DNA of 63,761 nucleotides, the filler included, from Squatina squatina (taxonomy: Eukaryota), in assembly GCA_031763465.1 (NCBI GenBank). It is 4 parts of 4 records of this genome, joined end to end, with 100 filler letters (N's around TTAATTAATTAA, not from the genome) between each part and the next. Parts side by side here need not be neighbours in the genome. Positions count along the whole stretch, not along the records: positions 31,561 to 50,696 come from JARFOE010000080.1; 3 more parts are not named here. The stretch is one strand, 5' to 3'. The translations under genes were made by a program, and so were the position numbers. Positions 33,857 to 45,625 of this stretch are shown here, one piece after another (positions within the stretch are counted from its first letter, which is position 1; each line of letters begins with the position of its first letter). The notes under the pieces are model-generated. The model was given only the letters and a program-made list of their open reading frames with translations, made no database searches and was not told where the DNA came from.

Positions 33857-36800
33857 AGCAAGTTCTTTCCTTTCTTCTTATTAGCTAAGCAAGAAATTAT
33901 GAGAATAAATTCCCAGTATATAAACACCTGGATAGCCAAAGGAAGCTGTCTACATTTACACATGATTGGTAGAAAGAATAAGGATTCCAGCACTATACAG
34001 AAAGAATATTGGATGACCATTCTCCTTTGAAAGTTGATGAAAGATATGCCTTTCTTTCATAATGTACTGAGTGGAGTAGGAACTGTGCAGGTCAGATATA
34101 CAAGTGATTAACTTGGTTTGCCATCAACAATACTTTGAATTGAGTATTGTGGATGATTCTGTATCTGTGACAACAGTTGCCAGTTCCTCCCCTCCCGACA
34201 ACAGCCTTCTCTAGATAATGAGTGCCACTCTCAGCATCCAATACTCTCGATGGACTGCTGTGTTTGACAATGGACCTGACCTTGGATAAAACAAATTGTT
34301 GTAAAATCTGTGGAACTGGTAGAATACTGAAGATGATTGAGAGAACGGGATGAAAACAAGACAAAAAGAGAAACAATCAGCAGTAAGAACATTCATTTAG
34401 CTGTCCCTTAACTGTACGAAACAAAGGCTGGTTTAATAAGGGCTTTGTGTAAGTCTGAGATGATAAAAAGCAGCTTGGTAGCAGAGGTCATCTGAGATGT
34501 GACTCAACAAACTAGATAGATGTGCATACAAAGCAGGACTACCTAAAGTCATTTACTGATAACGTTTGCAGTAACAGCTGTACATCAAAACATTACTGGC
34601 AGCTACTGAGGACATCTGTTGGGACTCCTGAATCACTCGTGATCTTGCCTAAGAATGATTACTATTTATATTACAGTAAAGGCTAATGCAGAATTTTTGA
34701 ATCGTGCCATTTTTGATTCTCAGCTTAATGATGGAGGAAGGGAAGTTCCAGCTGGAGAATTAAATGTAAGAGTGGTACCCTTCATAATATTGGGGCAGAT
34801 GTTCAGAATGTTGAGTGGCAAGTGCAAACGTACTTTAGATAGCTTTCCAATGAACCATGAACGTTAAATATTCTGATCCAATTCATCTTATCCTATCACT
34901 GGTGAGGGAGGGGGTGGATGAAGACATTCAATTGGATATTTGTCGAAATTATTTAAATTTGCCACTCTAATTAGCAGAAATAAGGCACTTGACCTATTTG
35001 AAATAATGTGATTTATTGCACTGGTGCTGATAAAGGGCACAAAATGGTAAAGAAATACAGGGAGAAGACTGCATTTTAGTGAAGCTGAACAGTTTGTATT
35101 TGTAAACTGTACATCCAATTAAAATATGACAACAAAACAACATTACAGACATAAGCTAGCAAAATGTCAGTGTGTTGATAATAGCTCAAATATCTGTGTT
35201 GTTGATAATGGTAAATGTGCTGAGAAATACTGCTCATCAAACTCCAGAAGAGGGAGGGCACATAGAGCAAGAGAAAAACACAAAGGGAATATAGCAATAG
35301 CTTAAAGCAAGGATCAAAATTTAAAGGAGCACATAATAAAAAAAAAAATCTTCAGTGCACACAAAAAGACTCCCCCAATGACCTACTGTGTAAAGGTTTA
35401 ATCCAGTATAGGACTAATGTGTATAGACCAGAAGATCTCAGGTTTTATTCCTGGTCTGTACTGAGATAGCTGAGCTCCACTCGGGGTGCCAATTAAACAA
35501 CAACATTAGGCCTTAGTGTCTCTGGGGTAGGGAGGTATGAAAATCATTCAGAGTTCATGTCCCTACTTGTTACTCCCTGACTTCCGGTGTGTGNNNNNNN
35601 NNNNNNNNNNNNNNNNNNNNNNNNNNNNNNNNNNNNNNNNNNNNNNNNNNNNNNNNNNNNNNNNNNNNNNNNNNNNNNNNNNNNNNNNNNNNNTTGTGTG
35701 GCTTGGTGTCAATCTTTTGTTTTATAACACTCCTGTGAAGCACCTTGGGACGTTTTAATACGTTAAATGTGCTATATAAATACAAGTTGCTGTTGTTGTT
35801 GTTGAATGAACAGCAAGTGCGCTGTAGCTGAAGGTCTTGAATTTAGAGCTTTATAAAGAATAGTCCTCTTGGAAGAATTGGAAGGAACAGTACAGAAAAT
35901 GTAGATTGTGGACCCGATTGGCCTCAGTTGCTGTCACATCCCGTTACACAGTTTTACATTTGTTATGAGTGCAATTTTCTCCTTTAAAGAGAGTTCCAGA
36001 TTAGGAAAGAAGCAGCAATACCAGCAAGAGATGGCACACAACTTATTGAGAAACTAATTTCGACTGACATTGTGGGGTGAAGCAAGGATTAATTCTCAAA
36101 AACATAATCCGCTAAGAAAATTCTAGAATTTCCTCCTGCGTAGCTGTAGAGCTGATCCCCCTGAGCATATGGGATAGACTGAAGCAAAGCTACAAATGAA
36201 CAATTGTTGAGCCTCTTTAGAAAAGGTATTCAATTTTTGCTCGAAAAAACTGCCATTCTTCATTTCTTTTAAAATTTTCCGCGTATTTTTATTCCTCTCC
36301 CCCATGCATGGTAAGGGAATATGAAAGTGACCTACTCTGTTAATGTCTTGAGCCAACCACAAGAAGGTCTAGGAGGGTGACTTGGGTTGACTTTCCCTCA
36401 GCGCATCCTGTATATAAGGTATTAATTAAAGATCAGTTAATATTAAACAAGAATTAAGTGTATTGATTTTGGCTACAGACGTGGCTGTAATTATAGGCCT
36501 GGAAAGAATTTCCCATGTCAAGCATTTCTAATATGTAGAGCTGACCAGAATTATAAGGGGGGAAAAAGTTTGTGTTAATTACATTAAAATCTGAGCAAGA
36601 AGCCATTTAAAAAAAAACAGTTTGTGATTTTTTTTCTGTCAGCTGCAGAATCGAAAAGTATATAAAAACAGGTAGCTGTTGTGAGAAGCCACAAATTAAT
36701 TAAGGCTGAATTCCCCTTTAATGGCAATGAACTCGGTGATTGCAATAATCTCACTGGGCTGTGCAATTCAGCAAAATTACACTCACAGCTGTTATTGTTA

Positions 36801-38459
36801 CAAGAATTCTCTGGAGTCTATATAGCAATAACCAAGGGTCACAAACAACTGTGAATAAAATTTGTCATCAGCTGCTCTCCCCACTGAAATGTATGGTGGG
36901 CGGAATTCTGGTTTAGCACCTCTGAAAGAAAAAAATAAAGATTTGCATTTCGAAAGCACCTTTCATTGCCTCAGGATNNNNNNNNNNNNNNNNNNNNNNN
37001 NNNNNNNNNNNNNNNNNNNNNNNNNNNNNNNNNNNNNNNNNNNNNNNNNNNNNNNNNNNNNNNNNNNNNNNNNNNNNATATGGAGCCCAGTTAACATGAT
37101 AGAACTGCAAGATGCATGTTGACCACCTGTGTTTCAAGCTATGCAATTTCTTGCATTCCCTCGGGGCAAGGACACTCATAATTAGCAATTCTCATTGAAT
37201 CATCATTTGTAATGATTCTTGTATTATTCTCACCAACGCAGGTGTTTTTTTCAGTTTACAAATGAGATGGCAGAAACCAGCCAGAAGTTTTCAAGCCATC
37301 AAAAAATTACAGCATTAATTCTGCAGGTAAAATAAATTAATAAAATGCCAGTTTAAGCTGGTCTTAATTAGAAAAGACATTTTATTTTAAGAGCACACCC
37401 ATTTAAAACAAACACTGAGCTGGCCTGGCTTATCTTTATTGCAGTGATGTTGTGTATATAATTCATGTGTGCTGACATGTTATATTGATTTCATCCTTAT
37501 GCATAGCTTTATTAATTTTCAAAGTTCACATAGACAAATGTGCTCTGCTCAAAGAGAGATGTGTAGAAAATGAATTATGATGCAAGTAAGAATCAAGAAC
37601 AAGCTACAGTTATACCATTGGTTGAATCTTGTAATTGGTTTTCTACTTTAACCTTGCAGGTCTGCTTTAGCATTCAGCTTCATTAACCATTTTTCCATCG
37701 TTTGAACAACAGAGCTGCTAATCACTTATTAATTAAATGTTTCAGACAGGCAGCGCTGTTTTTTTTTTACATTGTTGAGAATAATAATCTTACCAGTTTG
37801 GAGTGAGATTGATAACAGCAGCAATAGCAAACCCTGGCCTCATTAAGATTCCAGTTTTTGCTTTTCAAATTAGAGAAACACTAGTAATGGTAATGGAGTG
37901 GTCATGCAGTAGACATTGAGAAATATAAAAGGAGAAGCATTATTTTGCAGCTGATGTAAATAATTAAACGCANNNNNNNNNNNNNNNNNNNNNNNNNNNN
38001 NNNNNNNNNNNNNNNNNNNNNNNNNNNNNNNNNNNNNNNNNNNNNNNNNNNNNNNNNNNNNNNNNNNNNNNNATAGAAAAACTTTGCACATTTATTACAT
38101 TTAAGTCTGATAAAGCTGTTGCAGCAGATTTGAAACACCTTAAAATGGCAGGATCTGGTTCACATGGAACTTATGTAATCATTTATATCTTAATGAGTGA
38201 CAGGAGATTGGAAACTTACAATATTAGATTGTAGTATTGAATAAGGTGCAGTCATTAATATGTAGATGAAAGAGAGAAACTATAATTTTAATGAACTGGA
38301 GCTGGGCTATCCAGCTGTATAGAATTTCCGCTGCTAATTTGTACTAGTTGAGTCAATCACATTATAATTATTCATTTATGATTTGGAATTAAACGTTACA
38401 TTCCATAAGTTGGCTTTACTAGTGCCAAATATAGGTGACTCTATGGTGGAACAAGTTGG

Positions 38460-38801
38460 ATTTTTTTTATTTGTTCATGGGATGTGGGCAAGGCCAGTGT
38501 TCATTGCCCTTCCCTAATTGCCCTTGATAAGGTGGAGGTAAGCCACCTTCTTGAACCGTTGCAGTCCTTGTGATGAAGGAATTCCCACAGTTCTATTAGA
38601 GAGGGAGTTCCAGGATTTTGATCCAGGGAGGATGAAGGAATGGCGATATACTCCCAAGTCAGGATGTTGTGTGACTTGGAGGGGAACTTGGAGATGGTGG
38701 CATTCCCATATGCCTACTGCCCTGTACCTTCTAGATGGTAGAGGCTGTGGGTTTGGGACATGCTGCCAGAGAAGCCTTGGCGAGTTGCTACAGTGCTTTG
38801 T
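38460..38801 (-). mobile_element. LINE 3' end sharing its tail with the 3732-4100 SINE family
   Basis: Minus strand reads SFILPGSKSWNSL...GLQRFKK, then tail AAGGGCAATTAGGGA.GGGCAAT. Confidence 0.65.
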
Positions 38802-41202
38802 NNNNNNNNNNNNNNNNNNNNNNNNNNNNNNNNNNNNNNNNNNNNNNNNNNNNNNNNNNNNNNNNNNNNNNNNNNNNNNNNNNNNNNNNNNNNNNNNNNN
38901 NGAACAGTCAGCACAAATGGATCGAATTTCACAGGCACTTTCTTTTCTTGTATTTAAACAGTCAGACCAGTTCATACATTGTAGAGGTTTGGTTATTATA
39001 CTGTATTGTTAGCTTGTTGCATCTTTTGGCTTTTGTATGTTATTTCAACTGTAAATAAGTCTGGCCAAGTAGGTAACCTACATGCAGTGAGATGTCATTT
39101 GTTCCCCTTCTGAAATGACAGGATAACATGGAGGGCATCCCGCGATTTACTGCCATTCAGAGTTCATTGTTAAATGTTGTCATGCTAACTCATAGACAGA
39201 GGAGAAATAAAAATGCAGGTTTTGGTTCATAAGAGTTTCAGTTTGATAATGGAAATTGTTGTTTTGGCATGAGCACAAAAAAAACTGTTGGGGTAAAGCC
39301 TGAACTGTGACACTCCACTCCACTAGGATGTTCTGATCCTGAAATTTCATGGACATGCTACTAGTGTCCCGCTGCAATTCTGATGGGAAACCAGCAGAAC
39401 CCCAGTTTTTAGCCATTTATGCTGTTTCATTTGGGCTCCTACCCACTTCTCACCAGAGTTACAGTAGGAGACCTGTAGAGCTGCTGTGGAATTTCAGGGC
39501 CTCTTATGTTTAGCATTTATTATGCATAGTTTTTGATTGAGGAACTATGGTGAAGGCCCACAGTCAATGACATTAAAAAGGCTGAAAAGATTAAAAGAAA
39601 AGACAACGTGGATTAGAAAATGAAAATGGAAAGAACAAACTGACATTTATATAATGCCTTATCATATCTCTCAGAAATGCTACAAGTGCTTCACTTATAG
39701 TGAATTGCTTTCAAGTGCAGTCATTGTATGTTCTGGAGCATGCTTGAACTAACACCTTTCTGAGTGATTTGTAAATACCAAATGTGTGTTCTAAAAATCT
39801 GACGATTGTAGAAAGAAGAAAGGTTAATGAAAATAAAGAATCTCAGTTTTGAGGTCCTAGGAAAGGATGGAGAGGAATTTCCCTGAAGCAATTTTTTTCA
39901 CTGAATTAGCCTAGTTTTTTTTATATCTTTCTTTGGCTCTACCAGGAGATTAGGTGGCTACTGCCTGGTGAGTGGGTCATGTTGCCTAATTGCAACATGG
40001 CTAAATGAGGCTGAATTGATGGACCAGCTGAGCTGAGGGACACCAAATTTATGCATGGTCAGGTTTAACTCAATTAAGGAATTAGGGAGCGGGATGGCAG
40101 GGGTGACAGGGTGGAGAGTTTCTGATGAGAACTGAACAGCATGGTTTCAGTGTTGGCCATGTTTAGCTGGAGAAGGTTCTGGCTCCTCCACAACTTGAAN
40201 NNNNNNNNNNNNNNNNNNNNNNNNNNNNNNNNNNNNNNNNNNNNNNNNNNNNNNNNNNNNNNNNNNNNNNNNNNNNNNNNNNNNNNNNNNNNNNNNNNNT
40301 CTGTTTGTATTTCGTAATAAACTTTAGCGGTATAAAGGTTTTGAAATTTGATTTTTAGCCTTTCTTCAAATAATGTTGAAAAACAACTGAGTAGAAACTG
40401 CTGACAGCGAATAAAAATATTCCAGCAGACCCACTGATTTAATTGTACTGGGAAATTAGGTACATTGCATTTGCTCAGACTGCATACTCACCTAACAGAA
40501 TCCTGGGCAAAAATAGCAAGTGCAGTCCATGCTTTTGAGCAAGATCGAAAGTTTCAAGTAAAAATGAAGGCATTAAATGACACAAGTGAACAAATGTAAT
40601 CATTTTATTGTAAAATTTGTCCTTTTTATTTTGTTTAAAAGTTTATTTTGGACATAGAAGATTCAGTTACTGAGGAAAAAATGACAGCCAATTGTGTTTT
40701 CAGAAAGCATTTTGAGTGATTTGTGGAGAAAAGATAATACAGCTCCATATTGCATGGAAACCATGACAGGCCAGTGATCAGAATAGAATTGGAAATCCCA
40801 TTACAGTGCCACCTATAGATGGTCACAGGGAAACATCGCAGGTAAGTGTTACAGATAAATGTGGACATTTAATATTGGAATTATCATAGGAAATGCTTAC
40901 ACAGAAGTTTTCAATGGAGCATGTAACACATGTAAGAATTGTAATATATTATAAACATAACAATATTGATTTAGGGCTCTTTATGGGTGACATAATCCAA
41001 GAGGTTGAATCGTTACCTATTTCAACAAACCAGGTAATCTTACTAGCTTGTTGATGTTTGACAAGCCTTTTAATAAGAAGTAGGTTCAGAAGTTGGGCAA
41101 TTATTGACTCATTTACAGACAGAAGTAATTGGATAACCAATGAAAAGGTATTAGCACTTCAGCAGAATCTGAATCAGAACATCAATTCAGAACTTTCTAT
41201 TC

Positions 41203-41337
41203 CTGTTTACTGATCCCCAGCCCCTGGACCCACAATACAAGCACCCTGTGTACTCACTCCTGGACCCTGGGCCCACGATACAGGTCCCCTGTGTACTGAT
41301 TCCCAGACCCTGGGCCTGCGATGCAGGTACTGTGCAT
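41203..41337. repeat. 43-bp minisatellite, three copies plus a partial fourth running into a gap
   Basis: Units start at 41203, 41246, 41289 and 41330; consensus ~CTGTGTACTGATYCCCAGACCCTGGGCCCACGATACAGGTCCC. Confidence 0.8.
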
Positions 41338-41689
41338 NNNNNNNNNNAAACCTGTGCTTAAGAAAAAGAAAACAAATCAACTGAAGCCGCATTTACTGTA
41401 CCTCAACTGCCCTTGGGGCATGTGTGAAACTTGAGCCACAGTAGATCAAACAAGACAAATTCAAAAATATCGCAGCAAATCTGATCTGGTTAGATTTAGA
41501 TAAAATGTGATGAAGAGGGGATATAAATGGGGACAATTTTCAGGAGAGTTTCAATGGTGCTTGAGATATCTAATTTTGTTTCAGATGNNNNNNNNNNNNN
41601 NNNNNNNNNNNNNNNNNNNNNNNNNNNNNNNNNNNNNNNNNNNNNNNNNNNNNNNNNNNNNNNNNNNNNNNNNNNNNNNNNNNNNNNGG

Positions 41690-42075
41690 AAAGAGTTAAG
41701 GGAATATGAGTAATGAGGGATACAAGTAATAGTCATAGATGGCCTTGTTAATGATAGAGACAATGGAAATAGAGAAACCATAGGAGATGGTGATGTCAAG
41801 GCAGTGGCCATCAATATGGGAAGGGGAGTTTATGGGAAAGACTTAGGGAGCACTGAAGAGCAGCGAATTAGGAGGCGAGATGGCAAAGGGAGCTGTGATG
41901 GAGATTGAAATCACTGACAATGAAGAATCTATCAGTGCAGAGGCCGAGGGAAGAAAGGAGGGAGGATATCCTGGGGAAGAACTCAGGGTGGGGCTGATGG
42001 CCAGTAAGCAATAAGGATATTAAAGGAGAGGCAGGTTGCATGGAATGGGGTGAGGTGCTCAAAAGAGAAAGTATT
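41690..42075 (-). mobile_element. Degenerate L2-like endonuclease-region fragment
   Basis: Minus ORF contains FFIVSDFNLH (APE GDFN motif); purine-rich plus strand typical of antisense L2. Confidence 0.5.
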
Positions 42076-43302
42076 AGAGAAGTAAGGGGAAGACCAGAAT
42101 TGTACACATTACTCCAAGTGTGGTCTAACCAAGATTCTAAACACGTTTAGCCTAACTTCTCCACTTTTCAATTCTATCCCTATAAAAATAAACTGTTGTG
42201 TTTGGTTTGCTTAAGTTATGGCATTATTGACCTAAGTCACAACTTTTGATTGTATGTGCATTTGTACTCTCAGATCCCTTTGCTACTCTACTCCATTTAA
42301 AATCTAATCATTGCAGGCTCTTTTCTTTCCCTGATGGACATGATACAGAAACATTTCTGTTCTTCAATGCATTCCTTCCTTTTGCTAGCTTATTGACTTT
42401 GTTCCAAGTACAGAGGATTTCTTTTTCAATGAATCATAAATTAGAATGTTTATGCAACCCAATGCAAGATTATCTTATAACTCCACCTAATGTTCTCATC
42501 CCAGAGCTCTCAGAACATAATCCGACATTTGTGTTCGAAACTACACATATATTCCTGGATATCTTTATTTTTTTTCCAGGCTTTCTTCCAAATGACTGTA
42601 ATATTGAAAGCACCAAGACAGTATGGTGTTATAAATTTTGGGTCTGCCCTAGATATTCTCTCAGGTCGCTTCTGTGAGACGACCTCGCATTCTTCATGAT
42701 CAGGAGTTGGTTTTCACTACAATCTCGAGGCATACAATAGTGTGATCAGAGGTCATAAAAATGAGATCCCTTTGCTATATAGACTAGGAATTGTAATCCT
42801 CTGCACGTGTCCTCACCTGAGCTTCTCCAATCTTCTGAGAGGCAGACAGATTAACACCTTATTGGGAAAAGGACAAATACCAATCATTAAGCTGCTTTAT
42901 TTTACAGTCAGTAAGTCTGGGTACAAATTAATAGTTGTAGTAAATCTCTCCTTTTTTCAACTTAATGCCAGTCTGTTCTTGTAATAAGACAAATAATAAA
43001 CCATATCATATTGTACCTGCTGGCTAGCTAAGTGACCTTTTTTTTTTGTCTACACCAATGAGTGGCCAAGGCATGTTCTGGACCTACTAGTCTCTTTTCT
43101 TAAAGCAGACTGGCCTACTTTCTTATTTGCCTCTTCCCAAAGAAGATATGGGGAACCCCTGTGGAAATACTATCTCATTCACTTCTCAGAGCACAGTATA
43201 AGCAGAGGGTAGCCCACACAACGAGGCAATGTAGAAGGAGCCCCATGATCCATGTACGGACTATGTCAAATTAGGTCCATTCGCTATGTAAATATGATTT
43301 CA

Positions 43303-44100
43303 CACTCGAGCTTCAAACCACCGTCGATATAGTCACCGAGGCATACGAGAGAATGGGCCTCACATTGAACATCCGCAAGACAAAAGTGCTACACCAGCCC
43401 GCTCCTGCCACACTCCGCCAATCCCCAAACATCAAGATCCAAGGCGAGCCCCTGGACAACGTGGAACACTTCCCATACCTCGAGAGCCTCCTCTCAGCCA
43501 GGGCAGACTTAGACGACAAGATCCAGCATCGTCTCCAGTGTGCTAGCACAGCCTTCGGGCGCTTGAGGAAGAGAGTGTTTGAAGACAAGGACCTTAGACC
43601 CAGCACCAAGCTCATGGTCTACAGGGCAGCAGTGATACCTGCCCTCCTGTAGGCATCGGAGACATGGACACTGTACAGCAGACACCTCAAAGCACTAAAG
43701 AAATACCACCACTGCTGCCTCTGGAAAATCCTGCAAATTAATTGGCAGGACAAATGCACCAACGTCAGCGTCCTCACTCAGGCCAACATCCCCAGCATCG
43801 AGGCACTGGTCACGCTCACCCAACTCCGATGGGCCGGTCACATCGTCCGCATGCCTGATTCAAGATTCCTAAAACAGGCACTATACTCCGAACTCAGACA
43901 TGGGAAACGTCTCTGAGGAAGGCAGAGGAAACGCTACAAGGGCGTCCTCAAGGCCTCATTGAAAAAATGCAACATCTCCACCGACACATGGGAATTCATG
44001 GTCCAAGATCGCCCGCAATGGAGGAGAAATATTCCTGAAAGCACCAACCACTTCAAGTCTCTCCGGCGGGAGCACGTGGAGGCCAAACATAGGCTGTGGA
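43303..44100 (+). mobile_element. RTE-clade LINE, RT end and C-terminal region
   Basis: GLTLNIRKTKVL...VEHFPYLES...ASTAFGRLRKRVF...TKLMVYRAAVIPALL*ASETWT...QLRWAGHIVRMPDSR..KQALYSEL, with few disruptions. Confidence 0.88.
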
Positions 44101-44200
44101 NNNNNNNNNNNNNNNNNNNNNNNNNNNNNNNNNNNNNNNNNNNNNNNNNNNNNNNNNNNNNNNNNNNNNNNNNNNNNNNNNNNNNNNNNNNNNNNNNNNN

Positions 44201-44583
44201 TTTTGAACTATAATCATTGTTCTAATGTAGGAAACACAGCAGCCAATTTGCACACAGCAAGCTCCCACAAACAGCAATGCAATCAGGACCAGACAACCTG
44301 TTTTTAGTGATGTTGGTTGAGGGATAAATATTGACCATAACATTGGGGAGACTGCTCTGCTCTTCTTCGAAATTGTGCTATGGGATCTTTTACATCCATC
44401 TGAGAGAGCAGATTTGGTTTAACATCTCATCTAAAAGATGGTACCTCCGACACTGTAGCATTCCCTCGGTGCTGCACTGAAGTGTCAGCCTGCATTATGT
44501 GGTCAGGTCTCTGGAGTGGAACTTAAACCCACAACCTTCTGAATCAGATGCCAGAGTGCTACCAACTGAGCTATGGCTGACAC
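44201..44583 (-). mobile_element. Deu-domain SINE copy
   Basis: Reverse-complement match to 513-960, ending at the tRNA-like head (CCAACTGAGCTATGGCTGACAC). Confidence 0.8.
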
Positions 44584-44699
44584 AGAAGGGAAGGCTTTCC
44601 CATTCTGGATACTCAGTGTGCCCACTAATGGAGGCTTGACACACAGCACCTCTTCCCAATCCTTAACTGCATATTAATAGCTTGATGTTCATTAGATTC

Positions 44700-44942
44700 A
44701 ACATCAGAAAAGCACTTGCTACTGAACTGGTTTGAATTTTCCATTTCATTCGCCAGCCATCTGTATGGTCTGTCTGGCTGATGTGGTCAATTTGCTGTCT
44801 AACTATGTACAGCGGGTCATATCTGTTCAGACTAATTTCATATAATATCCTCACTGCCATATACTGAGGAGGCTTTGATCCCATCTGTCTGGACAAAATT
44901 GAAACTCAGGTTCCAGAGGTGAAAGGACGCTGTACTAATTTG
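44700..44942 (-). mobile_element. Ancient LF-SINE-like element (degenerate)
   Basis: Minus strand CCTTTCACCTCTGGAACCTGAGTTTCAATT...CCAGACAG...TATATGAAATTAGT resembles the LF-SINE head as I recall it. Confidence 0.4.
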
Positions 44943-45459
44943 CTTTGTCAGTCTGCCTTACAAAAGCTTTTTTTCCAAAGTGGATAGCGATGACAACGGC
45001 TGATAATGTGACCATTGGGACCCAAAGTGATGCAGTGCTTTGTTTGTGCACAAGAAGACTTATTCAGCACCTGATATGTACAACACTCTAAAGTATGGGT
45101 CACAAGGACTTTGAACATGAATAGATTGCAAACTAACTGCATGCAAAAGCTTCATTTAGGTTCAAGAACCTATTTACATTTGGACAAAGTCCCATAATCC
45201 AGTTGGAACACCTAAAAATGCTCCAGACATTCTGTGCTCATTTCAAGGAAGGCCAATAAATGAACTGAATATCACCCCCGTATTGGCCTCTCCTCCAAAT
45301 AAGGCCATCCTTCAATTCTGGCTCTTATGTAGTTTGGCCTCCACATTATGTCAGCCATTNNNNNNNNNNNNNNNNNNNNNNNNNNNNNNNNNNNNNNNNN
45401 NNNNNNNNNNNNNNNNNNNNNNNNNNNNNNNNNNNNNNNNNNNNNNNNNNNNNNNNNNN

Positions 45460-45625
45460 AATAATCTGCCTTCCTGTTTTTGCCACCAAAGTGGATAACC
45501 TCACATTTATCCACATTATACTGCATCTGCCATGCACTTGCCCACTCACCCAACCTGTCCAAATCATACTGGAGTTTCTCTGCATCCTCGTCACAGCACA
45601 CACGCCCACCCAGCTTTGTGTCGTT
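45460..45625 (-). mobile_element. CR1-type LINE RT fragment
   Basis: DTKLGGRVCCDEDAEKLQYDLDRLGEWASAWQMQYNVDKCEVIHFG. Confidence 0.88.

Noticed and set aside
33900-34400. Possible Ty3/Gypsy integrase relic on the minus strand
   Set aside because: Only a vague resemblance (LPVPQILQQFVL..HSSP); no intact HHCC or DDE motif can be shown by eye.
40680-40847. Coding exon ending at the strong donor CAG|GTAAGT (40841)
   Set aside because: All three frames contain stops within about 100 nt upstream and there is no convincing acceptor. It could still be a non-coding exon.
41203-41337. CRISPR-like array
   Set aside because: Head-to-tail tandem units without unique spacers, in a vertebrate context with no cas genes.
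42246-42677. 143-aa ORF
   Set aside because: It starts inside a decayed CR1 fragment, and has no recognisable domain or splice signals.
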